A stretch of DNA of 64,000 nt from Octopus sinensis (GCF_006345805.1 NC_043003.1:15996001-16060000); one strand, 5' to 3'; positions 50,951 to 64,000 are shown, counted from the stretch's first letter. Notes: generated by a model from the sequence alone, not told the origin. Numbers and translations are program-made.

Positions 50951-51629
50951 TTCCTTTCGGAAAGCGAACTATTAAACGCTGACATTTCGCATCATTAATA
51001 TTGGTTTCAAATTTTGGCACAAGGCCTGAGATTTGGGGAAGTGGGTAAGTCGACTACAACGACCTCAGTGTTCAGCAGGTAATTATTTTATCGACCCTGA
51101 ACGGATGAATGGCAAAGTCGACCTCGGCGGAATTTGAACTCAGAACGTAAAGACGGACGAAATGCCGCTAAGCATTTTTACCCTATGTGATCATGATTCT
51201 GCCAGCACGCCGCCTTTCATATCTATACTGGTTTAAAATTTTGGCAAAAAGACCAAGGCGTTTGGGAAGAGGGCTAGTCGATTACATAGACTCCAATGTT
51301 CAACTGGTACTTATTTTAATGACCACGCAAATGATTAAAGGCAAAGTTGACTTCGGTGGAATTTGAACTCAGAACGTAAAGACGGACGAAATGCTGTTAA
51401 GCATTTTTCCTGGCACGCTAACAATTCTGCCATCATTAATATTAAGGTTTGAATAAGGCGTACATTCACAAACATATTCGTGCACGCGCACACACAAATA
51501 CATATACACACGCACATTTACAAAGACACAAATACAAATATATACACCCCACACGCGCACAAAAATACACAAAAAGATTCGCAAACACGTACGCATACAC
51601 ACACATAGAAACTCACACACATAAATATT

Positions 51630-52960
51630 TATTTCTTTATTCCCCACAGGAAGCAAAACATAGAGGGGGAAAACAAGGACTGACAGATGGATTAAGTCGA
51701 TTACATCGCCCCCAGTGCGTAACTGGTGCTTATTTAATCGACCCCTAAAGGATGAAAGGCAAAGTCGACCTCGGCGGAATTTGAACTCAGAACGTAGCAG
51801 CAGACGAAATCCTATTTCTTTACTGCCCACAAGGGACTAAACACAGAGAGGGCAACAAGGACAGATAAACGGATTAAGTTGATTATATCAACCCCAGAGC
51901 GTAACTGGTACTTATTTAATCGACCCCGAAAGGATGAAAGGCAAAGTCGACCTCGGCGGAATTTGAACTCAGAACGTAGCAGCAGACGAAATGCCTATTT
52001 CTTTACTGCCCACAAGGGCCATTAGAAGAGAGAAGAACGATCTGAGTTAAGCAATTAAGCTTTCTTATCTTATGCAAGATTTAAACATTAATATTCTTTT
52101 CTGCTCTAGGCACATAGCCCAAAAATTTTGTTTTGGGGAGTGGGGCAGTCGATTAGATCTACCCCAGTACGCAACTGGTACTTAATTTATCAACCCCGAA
52201 AGGATGAAAGGCAAAGTCGACCTCGGCGGAATTTAAACTCAGAACGTAACGGCAGACGAAATAGCTATTTCTTTACTACCCACAAGGGGCTAAACACAGA
52301 GAGGACAGAAAAGGACCAGTGCGTACCTGGTACTTATTTAATCGACCCCGAAAGGATGAAAGGCAAAGTCGACCTCGGCGGAATTTGAACTCAGAACGTA
52401 ACGGCAGACGAAATAGCTATTTCTTTACTACCCACAAGGGGCTAAACACAGAGAGGACAAAAAAGGACCCAGTGCGTACCTGGTACTTATTTAATCGACC
52501 CCGAAAGGATGAAAGGCAAAGTCGACCTCGGCGGAATTTGAACTCAGAACGTAACGGCAGACGAAATACCTATTTCTTTACTACCCACAAGGGGCTAAAC
52601 ACAGAGAGGACAAACAAGGACCAGTGTGTACCTGGTACTTATTTAATCGACCCCGAAAGGATGAAAGACAAAGTCGACCTCGGCGGAATTTGAACTCAGA
52701 ACGTAACGAGAGACGAAATACGGCTACGCATTTCGCCAGGCGTGCTAACGTTTCTTATTCTTTATTGCCCACAAGGGGCTAAACATAGAGGGGACAAACC
52801 AGGACAGACAAAGTTATTAAGTCGATTACATCGACCCTAGTGCGTAACTGGTACTTAATATATCGACCCCGAAATGATGAAAAGCAAAGTCTACCTCGGC
52901 GGAATTTGAACTCAGAACGTAGCGGCAGACGAAATACCACTAAGCCAGCTCACCGCCTTA
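51630..52960 (-). repeat. Minus-strand SINE-A array containing an inverted copy of the 55180-55360 flank
   Basis: Full units at 51640-52015, flank from 52019, then internally deleted units with a period of about 152 bp. Confidence 0.9.
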
Positions 52961-52994
52961 TTTAAACCTTAATATTTATGTATGTATGTATGTA

Positions 52995-53046
<52 letters not shown>

Positions 53047-53049
<3 letters not shown>

Positions 53050-55275
53050 GCGGCTAGCTGGCAGGATCGTTAGCATGCCGTACGAAATGTTTAGAGTTAT
53101 TTCGTCTGCCGTTACGTTCTGAGTTCAAATTCCGCCGAGGTCGACTTTGCCTTTCATCCTTTCGGGGTCGATTAAATAAGTACCAGTTACGCTCTGGGGT
53201 TGATATAATCAACTTAATCCGTTTATCTGTCCTTGTTTGCCCTCTCTGTGTTTAGTCCCTTGTGGGTAGTAAGAAATAGGCATTTCGTCTGCTGCTACGT
53301 TCTGAGTTCAAATTCCGCCGAGGTCGACTTTGCCTTTCATCCTTTCGGGGTGGTCGATTAAATAGTACCAGTTACGCTCTGGGGTTGATATAATCAACTT
53401 AATCCGTTTATCTGTCCTTGTTTGCCCTCTCTGTGTTTAGTCCCTTGTGGGCAGTAAAGAATAGGCATTTCGTCGTGCTGCTGACGTTCTGAGTTCAAAT
53501 TCCGCCGAGGTCGACTTTGCCTTTCATCCTTTCGGGGTCGATTAAATAAGTACCAGTTACGCTCTGGGGTTGATATAATCAACTAAATCCGTTTATCTGT
53601 CCTTGTTTGCCTCTCTGTGTTTAGTCCCTTGTGGGTAGTAAAGAAATGGCATTTCGTCTGCTGCTAACGTTCTGAGTTCAAATTCCGCCGGAGGTCGACG
53701 TTGCCTTTCATCCTTTCGGGGTCGATTAAATAAGTACCAGTTACGCTCTGGCGTTGATATAATCAACTTAATCCGTTTATCTGTCCTTGTTTGCCCTCTC
53801 TGTGTTTAGTCCCTTGTGGGTTAAAGAAATAGGCATTTCGTCTGCTGCTACGTTCTGAGTTCAAATTCCGCCGAGGTCGACTTTGCCTTCATCCTTTCGG
53901 GGTCGATTAAATAAGTACCAGTTACGTCTGGGGTTGATATAATCAACTTAATCCGTTTATCTGTCCTTGTTTGCCCTCTCTGTGTTTAGCCCCTTGTGGG
54001 CAGTAAAGAAATAGGCATTTCGTCTGCTGCTACGTTCTGAGTTCAATTCCGCCGAGGTCGACTTTGCCTTTCATCCTTTCGGGGTCGATTAATAAGTACC
54101 AGTTACGCTCTGGGGTTGATATAATCAACTTAATCCTTTTATCTGTCCTTGTTTGCCCTCTCTGTGTTTAGTCCTTTGTGGGCAGTAAGAAATGGCATTT
54201 CGTCTGCTGCTACGTTCTGAGTTCAAATTCCGCCGAGGTCGACTTTGCCTTTCATCCTTCGGGGTCGATTAAATAAGTACCAGTTACGCTCTGGGGTTGA
54301 TATAATCAACTTAATCCGTTTATCTGTCCTTGTTTGCCCTCTCTGTGTTTAGTCCCTTGTGGGTAGTAAAGAAATAGGCATTTCGTCTGCTGCTACGTTC
54401 TGAGTTCAAATTCCGCCGAGGTCGACTTTGCCTTTCATCCTTTCGGGGTCGATTAAATAAGTACCAGTTACGCTCTGGGGTTGATATAATCAACTTAATC
54501 CGTTTATCTGTCCTTGTTTGCCCTCTCTGTGTTTAGTCCCTTGTGGGCAGTAAAGAAATAGGCATTTCGTCTGCTGCTACGTTCTGAGTTCAAATTCCGC
54601 CGAGGTCGACTTTGCCTTTCATCCTTTCGGGGTCGATTAAATAAGTACCAGTTACGCTCTGGGGTTGATATAATCAACTTAATCCGTTTATCTGTCCTTG
54701 TTTGCCCTCTCTGTGTTTAGTCCCTTGTGGGCAGTAAAGAAATAGGCATTTCGTCTGCTGCTACGTTCTGAGTTCAAATTCCCCGCGAGGTCGACTTTGC
54801 CTTTCATCCTTTCGGGTCGATAAATAAGTACAGTTACGCTCTGGGGTTGATATAATCAACTCCTTAATCCGTTTATCTGTCCTTGTTTGCCCTCTCTGTG
54901 TTAGTCCTTGTGGTAGTAGTAAAGAATAGGCATTTCGTCTCTGCTGCTACTTTCTGAGTTCAAATCCGCGAGGTCGACTTTGCCTTTCATCCTTTCGTGG
55001 TCGATGAAATAAAGTTACCAGTTACGCTCTGGGGTTGATATAATCAACTTAATCCGTTTATCTGTCCTTGTTTGCCCTCTCTGTTTAGTCCCTTGTGGGC
55101 AGTAAAGAAATAGGCATTTCGTCTGCTGCTACGTTCTGAGTTCAAATTCCGCCGAGGTCGACTTTGCCTTTCATCCTTTCGGGGTGATAAATTAAGTACC
55201 AGTTGTGCGTACTGGGGTAGATCTAATCGACCTGCCCACTCCCCAAAACAAAATTTTTGGGCTATGTGCCTAGAG
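53047..55275 (+). repeat. SINE-A tandem array: one head plus 12 body units, period about 183 bp
   Basis: Unit starts at about 53100, 53283, 53467, 53650, 53834, 54016, 54196, 54379, 54563, 54746, 54931 and 55114. Units are near-identical apart from scattered indels. Confidence 0.95.
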
Positions 55276-56284
55276 CAGAAAAGAATATTAATGTTTAAAT
55301 CTTGCATAAGATAAGAAAGCTTAATTGCTTAACTCAGATCGTTCTTCTCTCTTCTAATGGACACAAGTTTAAATACTCAACGTTTAGTTCTGATGAAATT
55401 CCTTTCACTTTGAAATGATTCGCCACGGCAAAAAAAATGACGAGCCTAAAAGGTCACCTTGTTGGATACTAATATTGAATATAATTATCCGAAAACACAT
55501 ACACGTATACACATTAATTCATGTACACGTTTACTAATACATACATACACAGAGATATGCACACGCATATTCGTATACACAGACACACATACATATACAC
55601 ATACAGACGCACATTTGCAAATGCACATGCATACACACACACTCAAATATAAATACACACACACGTTCACAAACAGCTATGCGTGCGCTTGCACACACAA
55701 ATACGTACATATACGCACATTTACAAAGACACAAATACAAATACATACATACACACAAGCATAGAAATACATATACACATTCACACATACACGCACACAA
55801 AATACACTAAAACATTCGCAAACACGTACGCATGCACACACACACACATACAAACACACACACATAAATACACACACACGAATACGCTCACAAATACACA
55901 CACGCACACATACACGGACATTCACAAGCACACCCATTCTTACCGTTTCTCTTTTTTGTCACTTTCTCTCTCTCTCTCTCTCTGCCTCTCTTTCTCTCTC
56001 TCTCTCGATCTCTGTCTCTGTCTCTCTCTCCCTCTGTCTCACTCTCTCTGTCTCACTCTGCCTCTTTTCTCTCTCTCTCTCTCTCTCTTTCGCACTAGCG
56101 CTCTCTCACACTCTCTCTCTCTCTCTCTTCTCGCTCTCTGCCTCTCTCTCTCTCTCGCTCTCTGTCTCTGCCTCTATCTCTCTCTCTCGCTCTCTGTCTC
56201 TGCCTCTCTCTCTCTCTCTCTCTCTCTCGCTCTCTGTCTCTGTCTCTCTCTGTCCCACTCTCTCGCTCTCTGTCTCTGTCTCTC

Positions 56285-56342
<58 letters not shown>

Positions 56343-56968
56343 CCTCTGATTAAAAATGTTCGAAGTATATAACTCATTACACACGAAATTTTAAAGTTGG
56401 CCCAATGAGTGTCTTACGTTAATTAACGCATACAGCATGAAATATAATTAAACAATTCACACATGTGTGTTAATTTAAAGATATTGTGAAACGTACACAG
56501 CCATTGCCAACCGGCATTTTAAAAACAAAGTGACAACAGCAAGAGTAGGAGGAAGAAGAAGAAGAAGAAGAAGAAGAAGAAGAAGAAGAAGAAGAAGAAG
56601 AAGAAGAAAAGAAAAGAAGAAGAAGAAGAAGAAGAGAAGAAGAAGAAGAAGAAGAAGAAGAAGAAGAAGAAGAAGAAGAAGAAGAAGAAGAAGAAGAAGA
56701 AGAAGAAGAAGAAGAAAACGACAACGAGAAGAGTAACGGTAAAGACGACCACCACCTCAAAGCGGCGTAAGCAAGAAGACAAGAGACTGGACAATGGCGA
56801 TGCGATGCCACAACAATGGACAAAGAATAAAACGCTGACTGAATGAAAATGAAGGAAAGCATCAATGCTCTGACAATCTTCGTTCGTTCGTTCGTTCGTT
56901 CCTTTGTTTCTTTCTTTTGAACTCCCACGTCTCCCCACTTTTTCCACGAACAATAGAGAGAGAGGGAA

Positions 56969-57005
<37 letters not shown>

Positions 57006-57211
57006 AGGGCGGGACAGGAGCTAACGTACAAGAACTGAAACAGTTCAATCCAAACAATTGGTAATTCTTTCTCAGCCGATAGGACATTGGTGGGCCACAT
57101 ATGGCATTTAGACAATAGCGCAATTACTACATACCTATATACCTACCTACCTACCTACCTACCTATCTACCTACCTACTTACCTACCTATCTACCTACAT
57201 ACATACATACA

Positions 57212-57245
<34 letters not shown>

Positions 57246-57271
57246 CATATATACATGCATGCATACATGTG

Positions 57272-57590
57272 TAGGCACAATGGCCCAGTGGTTAGGGCAG
57301 CGGACTCGCGGTCGGAGGATCGCGGTTTCGATTCCCAGACCGGGCGTTGCGTGTGTTTATTGCGCGAAAAGACCTAAAAGCTCCACTAGGCTCCGGCAGG
57401 GAGGGGGGGTGGCGACCCCTGTTGTACTCTTTCGCCCCAACGTTCTCTTACTATCTCTTCCTGTTTCTTGAGTAATGCTGCGATGGACTGGCGTCCCGTC
57501 CAGCTTGGGGGGAACACGTACGCCACAGAAACCGAGAAACCGGGCCCATGAGCCTGGCTAGGCTTGAAAAGGGCGCGTAAATAAATAAAA
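57272..57590 (+). mobile_element. SINE family C variant
   Basis: Head almost identical to 7345, with a different 3' part. Other copies at 58750-59135(-) and 61755-62000(+, partial). Confidence 0.85.
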
Positions 57591-57674
57591 AAAATATACA
57601 TACATACATACAAATATACATACAAATATACATACAAATATACATACATATATGCGTACGTACATACATACAGA

Positions 57675-57890
57675 CAGACAACTGCTTCAAAATGTCAAGC
57701 GTCTATTTCCGAATTATAAATTCGCATTTATACCAATAATAATTGGTGCATTTGGTTTTGTAAATACCAAAGTGACAATCTGGATAAACTGGGGTTTTCA
57801 GAAAAAGGAATCAAACATCTGCATTGTACATTACGAAAACAATATGTAAGCGGAACAATAAAAATCTGCACGACATTCCCTATGTTCAAC
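57675..57890 (+). mobile_element. Third RLE-type retrotransposon C-terminal remnant (different lineage)
   Basis: LLQNVKRLFPNYKFAFIPIIIGAFGFV...LGFSEK...SGTIKICTTF matches the RLE-end motif IPI.IGA.G. Confidence 0.65.
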
Positions 57891-58567
57891 ATTTGTCATT
57901 GTTATCTACATTTCGACGGTGATGCTTCGTATATTAGAAACCAGCTTCTTCTACAAAGAAAGATTACAAATTATTGAAAACAGAGGGGAACATTTAGACA
58001 TGCATGCATACCTACCTATTTCTTTACTACCCATAAGGGGCTAACACACAGAGGGGACAAACAAGGACAGACATAGGTATTAAGTCGATTATATCGACCC
58101 CAGTGTATAACTGGTATTTATTTAATCGACTCCCGAAAGGATGAAAGGCAAAGTTGACCTCGGCGGAATTTGAACTCAGAACGTAACGGCAGACGAAATA
58201 CTGCTGAGCATTTCGCCCGGCGTGCTAACGTTTCTGCCTACCTACCTACATACATACTTACCTACATACATATACATACATACATACATACATACATACA
58301 TACATACATACATACATTTATACTTACATACATACACACATATATATATGTAGGTATATGTGTGTGTGCGCGTGTGTGTATGTACATATATATATATTCG
58401 TTTTATTCTTTATTCTTTTATTCTTTTACTTGTTTCAGTCATTTGACTGCGGCCATGATGGAGTACTGCCTTTAGTCGAACAAATTGACCCCAGAGCTTA
58501 TTCTTTGTAAGCCTAGTACTTAATCTATCGGTCTTATTTGCTGAATCGCTAAGTTATGCATGCATGT

Positions 58568-58626
<59 letters not shown>

Positions 58627-59636
58627 AGAGAAGAACCATGTAGCAACTGTGAAATTTGATTCAGTATTACTAAATTGAATGAATTTTTCCCTGTAAGTTT
58701 GGAATCATATTCCCTAATATTATATATATATATGTATGTATATATATATATCGTGGCACTCCGTCGGTTGCGACGACGAGGGTTCCAGTTGATCCAATTG
58801 ATCCAATCAGCCTACTCGTGAAATTAACGTGCAAGTGGCTGAGCACTCCACAGACATGTGTACCCTTAATGTAGCTCTCAGGGGGATTCACCGGGATACA
58901 GAATGTGAAAAGGCTGGCCCTTTTCGAATTACAGGTACAACAGATACAGGAAGAAAGAGTGAGAGAAAGTTGTGGTGAAAGAGTGCAGCAGGGTTCGCCA
59001 CCACCCCTGCCGGAGCCTCATGGAGCTTTAGGTGCTTTTTGCTCAATAACCACACATAACGCCCGGTCTGGGAATCGAAACCGCTATCCTACGACCGCGA
59101 GTCGGCTGCCCTAACCACTAGGCCATTGCGCCTCCGTATATAAATCTGTGTGTGTGTGTGTGTGTGTGTAACTGAATGGAAATAAAAGGAAGCATGAATG
59201 CTTTGACAGTCACAGACACTGCCAGGCAAACATATACATACATACATACATACATACATACATACATACATACATACATAAATACATACATGCATACATA
59301 CATTCATACACACATACATACATACATGCATACATACATACACACATACACACATACATACACACATACATACATACATACATACAGACATACATACATA
59401 CACACATACATACATGCATACATACATACATACATACATACATACACACACATACATGCATACATACATACATACATACATACATACACACACACATACA
59501 TGCATACATACATACATACATACATACATACATACATACATACATACATACATACATACACACACACATACATGCATACATACATACATACATACATACA
59601 TACATACATGCATACATACATACATACATACATACA

Positions 59637-59667
<31 letters not shown>

Positions 59668-60231
59668 CATACATACATACATACATAGACACACATGCAT
59701 ACAACTGAGAGACAAGATTCTTTTGTGGCTATTCAGACAAGTAATAAATTTAGTGAAACGAACAAGTTTTTGAGAAATCCTTCATGCCGCACCATCTCCA
59801 CCATCACCCCATCATCACAGGACTTAAGAAAACTCTTATAAGCATGATTGTATGCAAACACACATGCACACACACACATTCACAAACACAAACACACTCA
59901 CATATATATACATATACACATATATATATATATACATATACACAAATATACACACATATATATATACATACACACACACATATTTATACAGATATATATA
60001 TTTACTTACATATATACATAAATATATATATGTGTATATGTGTCTTCGTTTGTATTTATGAACATCTGTGTATGTATATATATATATATATACACACACA
60101 TATATATGTAAGTATGTATGTATGTAAGTATGTAAGGATGTATAAATGGATGCATGCATGCTTGTATGTATGTATAAAGTTACATGTGGTTATATGCGTC
60201 TCTGTGATTATGTTACATGTTTGTGTGTGTG

Positions 60232-60282
<51 letters not shown>

Positions 60283-61345
60283 ATGTATGTTTGTATGTAT
60301 GTATGTATGTATGTATGTATGTATGTATGATGTACGAATCTTAATGCTTATGTGTCTGCTTAATGAAAAAGTTATATATGGAAGCAGAGATTTTGACAAC
60401 TACAACGCTACCACAACCCCACTCATACTACTACCACTACCAAAACAGCAACAACATTAACAACAACTACAACGGGAGCCGCAATTAGTATAATGAATAA
60501 ACTGGGTTTCCAAATATTGTTCTGTGGCACTTTCTCTTCTGTCTTTTAACACACCAAACTCATGTATTCTTAACATTCTTTGTATATTCTTAGAATATGC
60601 AATACAATAGAATTCACTTTCGCTACATTGTTAGTACGAATTCTTACATTCTTTTATTCTTTTATTCTTTTATTCTTATATTCTCTTTCTATTTTTAGTC
60701 ATCAGACTACGGCAATGCTGGAGAACTATTTTGAAGGATTGAGTCGATTAAAAATCAACACCCAGCACAATTTGTTTTCTAAATCTGGTACTTATTCCAT
60801 CGTTCTCGTTTGCCGGACTGCTAAACTATGGAGACGAAAACAAACCACACTGGCTGTCGAGTAATAGAAGGCGAGCTGGCAGAATCATTAGCACGTCGGG
60901 CGAAATGCTTAGCGGTATTTCGTCTGTCGCTACGTTCTGAATTCAAATTCCGCGAGGTCGACTTTGCTTTTCATCCTTTCGAGGTCGATAAATTAAGAAC
61001 CAGTTACACACTGGGATCGATATAATCGACTCAATCCCTTTGTCTGTCCTTGTTTGTCCCCTCTGTGTTTAGCCCCTTGAGGGCAATAAAGAAATAAGAA
61101 GGGACAAACACGACACACTCATATGCGATGAGCATCCACGCAGTTTCCGTCAACCAAATTCACTAACCATGCCTTGGTCCACTCGGAGCTATAGTAAAAG
61201 ACACTGAAAATGTCTGGCAATAGGCTAAACCAGAAACCAAATCGTCGCGCAGCGGACTTCTCAACCTTACAGTCATGCCGCTTCTTCACACACGCAGCGC
61301 GTACGCACACGCACTCATTCACATATATATTCACATTAGCATATA

Positions 61346-61750
61346 CAGGGTGGAGCAAAATGATCTCCCACATGAATGATTATTAAAAGAGAACACCACC
61401 ATCGAGGATAACATTTATTATGTTTCTGAAAAGTACACAAAAAACGGTTTATTTTACTGGGTTTTATAAAGCATGTTAGGCAAATGGCGGCCGTTGTTGG
61501 CAATACATGGATGGAGTCGTTCCCAGAAATACTCTTTGACTCTCCGTGTCATCTCAGGTGGCATTGCGTTGATTTCCTCACGAATCCTTTCTTTCAAATC
61601 CTCAAGAGTTCGAAGACGATGTCGGAAAACTTTTTCATTTAGGTATCCCCAAAGGAGAAAGTCCCACGAGCTTAAATCTGGTGACCTTGCCGGCCACCCT
61701 ATGTCTCCCCTCGAAGAAATCAAATTTCCTTCAACACTCCAAGCGAACGT
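61346..61750 (-). mobile_element. Tc1/mariner-superfamily transposon 3' end with TIR
   Basis: RGDIGWPARSPDLSSWDFLLWGYLNEKVF...LKERIREEI...CIANNGRH. The terminus is TA|CAGGGTGGAGCAAAA at 61344-61360. Confidence 0.88.
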
Positions 61751-62276
61751 CGTGCCGTGTGAGCCTGCTGTACTCTTTCACCACAACTTTCTCTCACTCT
61801 TTCTTCCTGTTTCTGTTGTACCTGTATTTCAAAGGGCCAGCTTTGTCACGCTGAATTTCCCCGAGTCCCCGTGAACTATGTTAAGGGGTACACGTGTCTA
61901 TGGAGTGCTCAGCCACTTGCACATCAATTTCACGAGCAGGATCAACTGGATCAACTGGATCAACTGGAACCCTCGTCGTCGTAACCGACGGAGTGCCGTA
62001 TGTTATTTTAGACAGAAGCAAGCAGGCAGCTGACTGACTTTAACTTATATTCAAAGGAAAGAGGTGACGCATTTACGAACGGTAGTTCTGTCTAAAATGA
62101 TGTATTAACTAAAATATGATTTCAAACAGAGCAAGAGAAGTTATATTTTAATACTGTAAGACATAAAATCAGGCGGAATATTATGTTTATCGCTCCGTCT
62201 TGCTGGCATAGTTGGGAATGGAAACCAGTTGGAAAGCTTTATCGTTGGAAACATGCTACCTCTCTAAAACACTTAC

Positions 62277-62377
62277 CATTTGTGTGCTGATAGGTGAAAC
62301 GAATCGGTGTTGGCTGGAGAGATAATTGGTTGGAGTCTGGCTTCCGTTTCCTGACCAAACATAGTCAAGGTTTGCTT
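62277..62377 (-). CDS. Candidate 101-nt exon, unidentified
   Basis: T-rich tract, tgtccAG acceptor and ATG|GTAAGT donor. Two frames are open (EANLDYVWSGNGSQTPTNYLSSQHRFVSPISTQM or KQTLTMFGQETEARLQPIISPANTDSFHLSAHK). Confidence 0.22.
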
Positions 62378-62599
62378 CTGGACACACTCAAGTGTGACAG
62401 ATTAAAAGAAAATAAATCTGTCACCAGTAAATAGAAGGAAGGAAAAATTGCTTTGGTAAAGGAGGAGAGAAAGAGAGAGAAACGTGAGATGATAGATAGA
62501 TGAAGAGATAAAGAGTGAGAGGCGGTTGTGCAGAGATAGATATCTATCTATTTATATGGCTAATGTTACGTATTTATAAAGACAGATATTGATGGAGGA

Positions 62600-62632
<33 letters not shown>

Positions 62633-62911
62633 AGTGAGTGAGTGAGTGAGTGTGGGAAGTAGAATGAGAGGAACAGAGAGAAAGTAGTAATGGCGACTAT
62701 GAAAACTAGATTGCATGAAAGTGATAGGAATTGTTTTTGTACGCCCCTTCGCTATATACATCTACATCCACATCCACATATAAATATGCGTGTAATAAAT
62801 AACAATACACACACACACAATGCACACAAAGATATATTCATTATATCATTTGAGAAAGTTACATAATGAATCAACACGTTAACACAGTCGTAAGTCATTC
62901 CTCGCTCCAGA

Positions 62912-62950
<39 letters not shown>

Positions 62951-63184
62951 ACACACACAACACACACACACACACACACACAAACACACAAACCTTATAT
63001 AGAAATGCTAAGAAGAATCTTTCTCAAGTAACTCTTACCCTTTTTATTCTTTGTAAGCCTAGAACTTATTCTATCGGGTTCCCTTGCCGAACCGCTATGT
63101 GACGGGGACATAAACACACCAGCATTGGTTGTCAATCGATGTTGGGGCGGGAACGAACACAGACACACAAACATATACAAACAT

Positions 63185-63249
<65 letters not shown>

Positions 63250-63253
<4 letters not shown>

Positions 63254-63557
63254 ATAAATATTAGGGAATAAATCCAAATTTACAGGGAAAAAATCAGATT
63301 TAGGATTAAATCCAATTTAATAGTAAAATATTATAAAATATTATTAGAGACAAAACCACTATTTTGCAAAACAAACAGGAAAGACTTAATCAATACATAA
63401 AATTTTAATAAATAGTCAAAAAAACCGCCACTACAATCGTTTCTTGTAAGACAAGAAACGATTGTAGTGGCGGTTTTTTTGACTATTTATTAAAATTTTA
63501 TGTATTGATTAAGTCTTTCCTTGTTTGTTTTGCAAAATAGTGGTTTTGTCTCTAATA

Positions 63558-63567
<10 letters not shown>
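63250..63567. mobile_element. AT-rich element with near-perfect fold-back (arms 63332-63446 and 63452-63567)
   Basis: One 1-nt indel between the arms and a 5-nt loop TAAGA. GAAAC-GATT-GTA lies at 63455-63466. Confidence 0.9.
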
Positions 63568-63615
<48 letters not shown>

Positions 63616-64000
63616 TACATATATACACTTATATACGACGGACTTCTTTCAGTTTCCGTCTACCAAGTCCACTCACAAGGCTTTAGTCGGCCCGAAGCTA
63701 TAGTAGAAGACACTTGCACAAGGTGCCACGCAGTGGGACTGAACCCAGAACCATGTGGTTGGTAAGCAAGCTACTTATCACTCAGCCATATATATATATG
63801 CGACAGGCCTCCTTCAGTTTCCGTCTACCAAATTCACTCACAAAGCTTTAGTTGCCCCGAGGCTATAGCAGAAGACACTACCCCAAGGTGAATCCGGAAG
63901 TATATGGTTGGGAAGCAAGCTTTTTACTTCACAGCCACGCCTGTGTCTATATCCATAAAACTTCATAAATCCTTAATCTTTTACAGCTATGAACTTTAAA

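Noticed and set aside
53047-55275. CRISPR-like regular array
   Set aside because: The units are entire near-identical SINE bodies with no unique spacers, the context is eukaryotic, and there are no cas genes.
55388-55425. CTGATGA...GAAAT
   Set aside because: Stems I-III do not form.
5321-60460. Many YI/CV/HT/MYVC/poly-I/poly-S/poly-R ORFs in the track
   Set aside because: They are translations of stop-free microsatellites, not genes.

Overview
AT-rich, microsatellite-saturated eukaryotic genomic DNA with one 100-N gap (27213-27312). The repeat families and composition look like a coleoid cephalopod, probably Octopus (inference). No host protein-coding gene can be identified with confidence. 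Almost all ORFs in the supplied track are translations of (TA)n, (CA)n, (TATG)n, (GAA)n and (GAT)n repeats or of SINEs. Recognisable content is transposon debris: several tRNA-headed SINE families (one forming a 12-unit tandem array that faces an inverted array), RTE-clade LINE pieces (APE, RT, 3' ends), three restriction-like-endonuclease (R4/NeSL-type) LINE ends, a Helitron helicase fragment, Buster-type hAT remnants, mariner and Tc1-like remnants, a Penelope-like GIY-YIG end and a possible Polinton PolB relic. The most interesting signal is a set of AT-rich elements in (TA)n tracts that carry minimal hammerhead-ribozyme-like motifs with palindromic helix III and non-canonical cores (U3:A8, U4C). 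One of them lies directly downstream of the Penelope-like GIY-YIG remnant. Several are fold-back duplications whose axis lies in or beside the ribozyme motif. All calls were made by eye, family labels A-E are my own, and repeat boundaries are approximate (about +/-10-20 bp).
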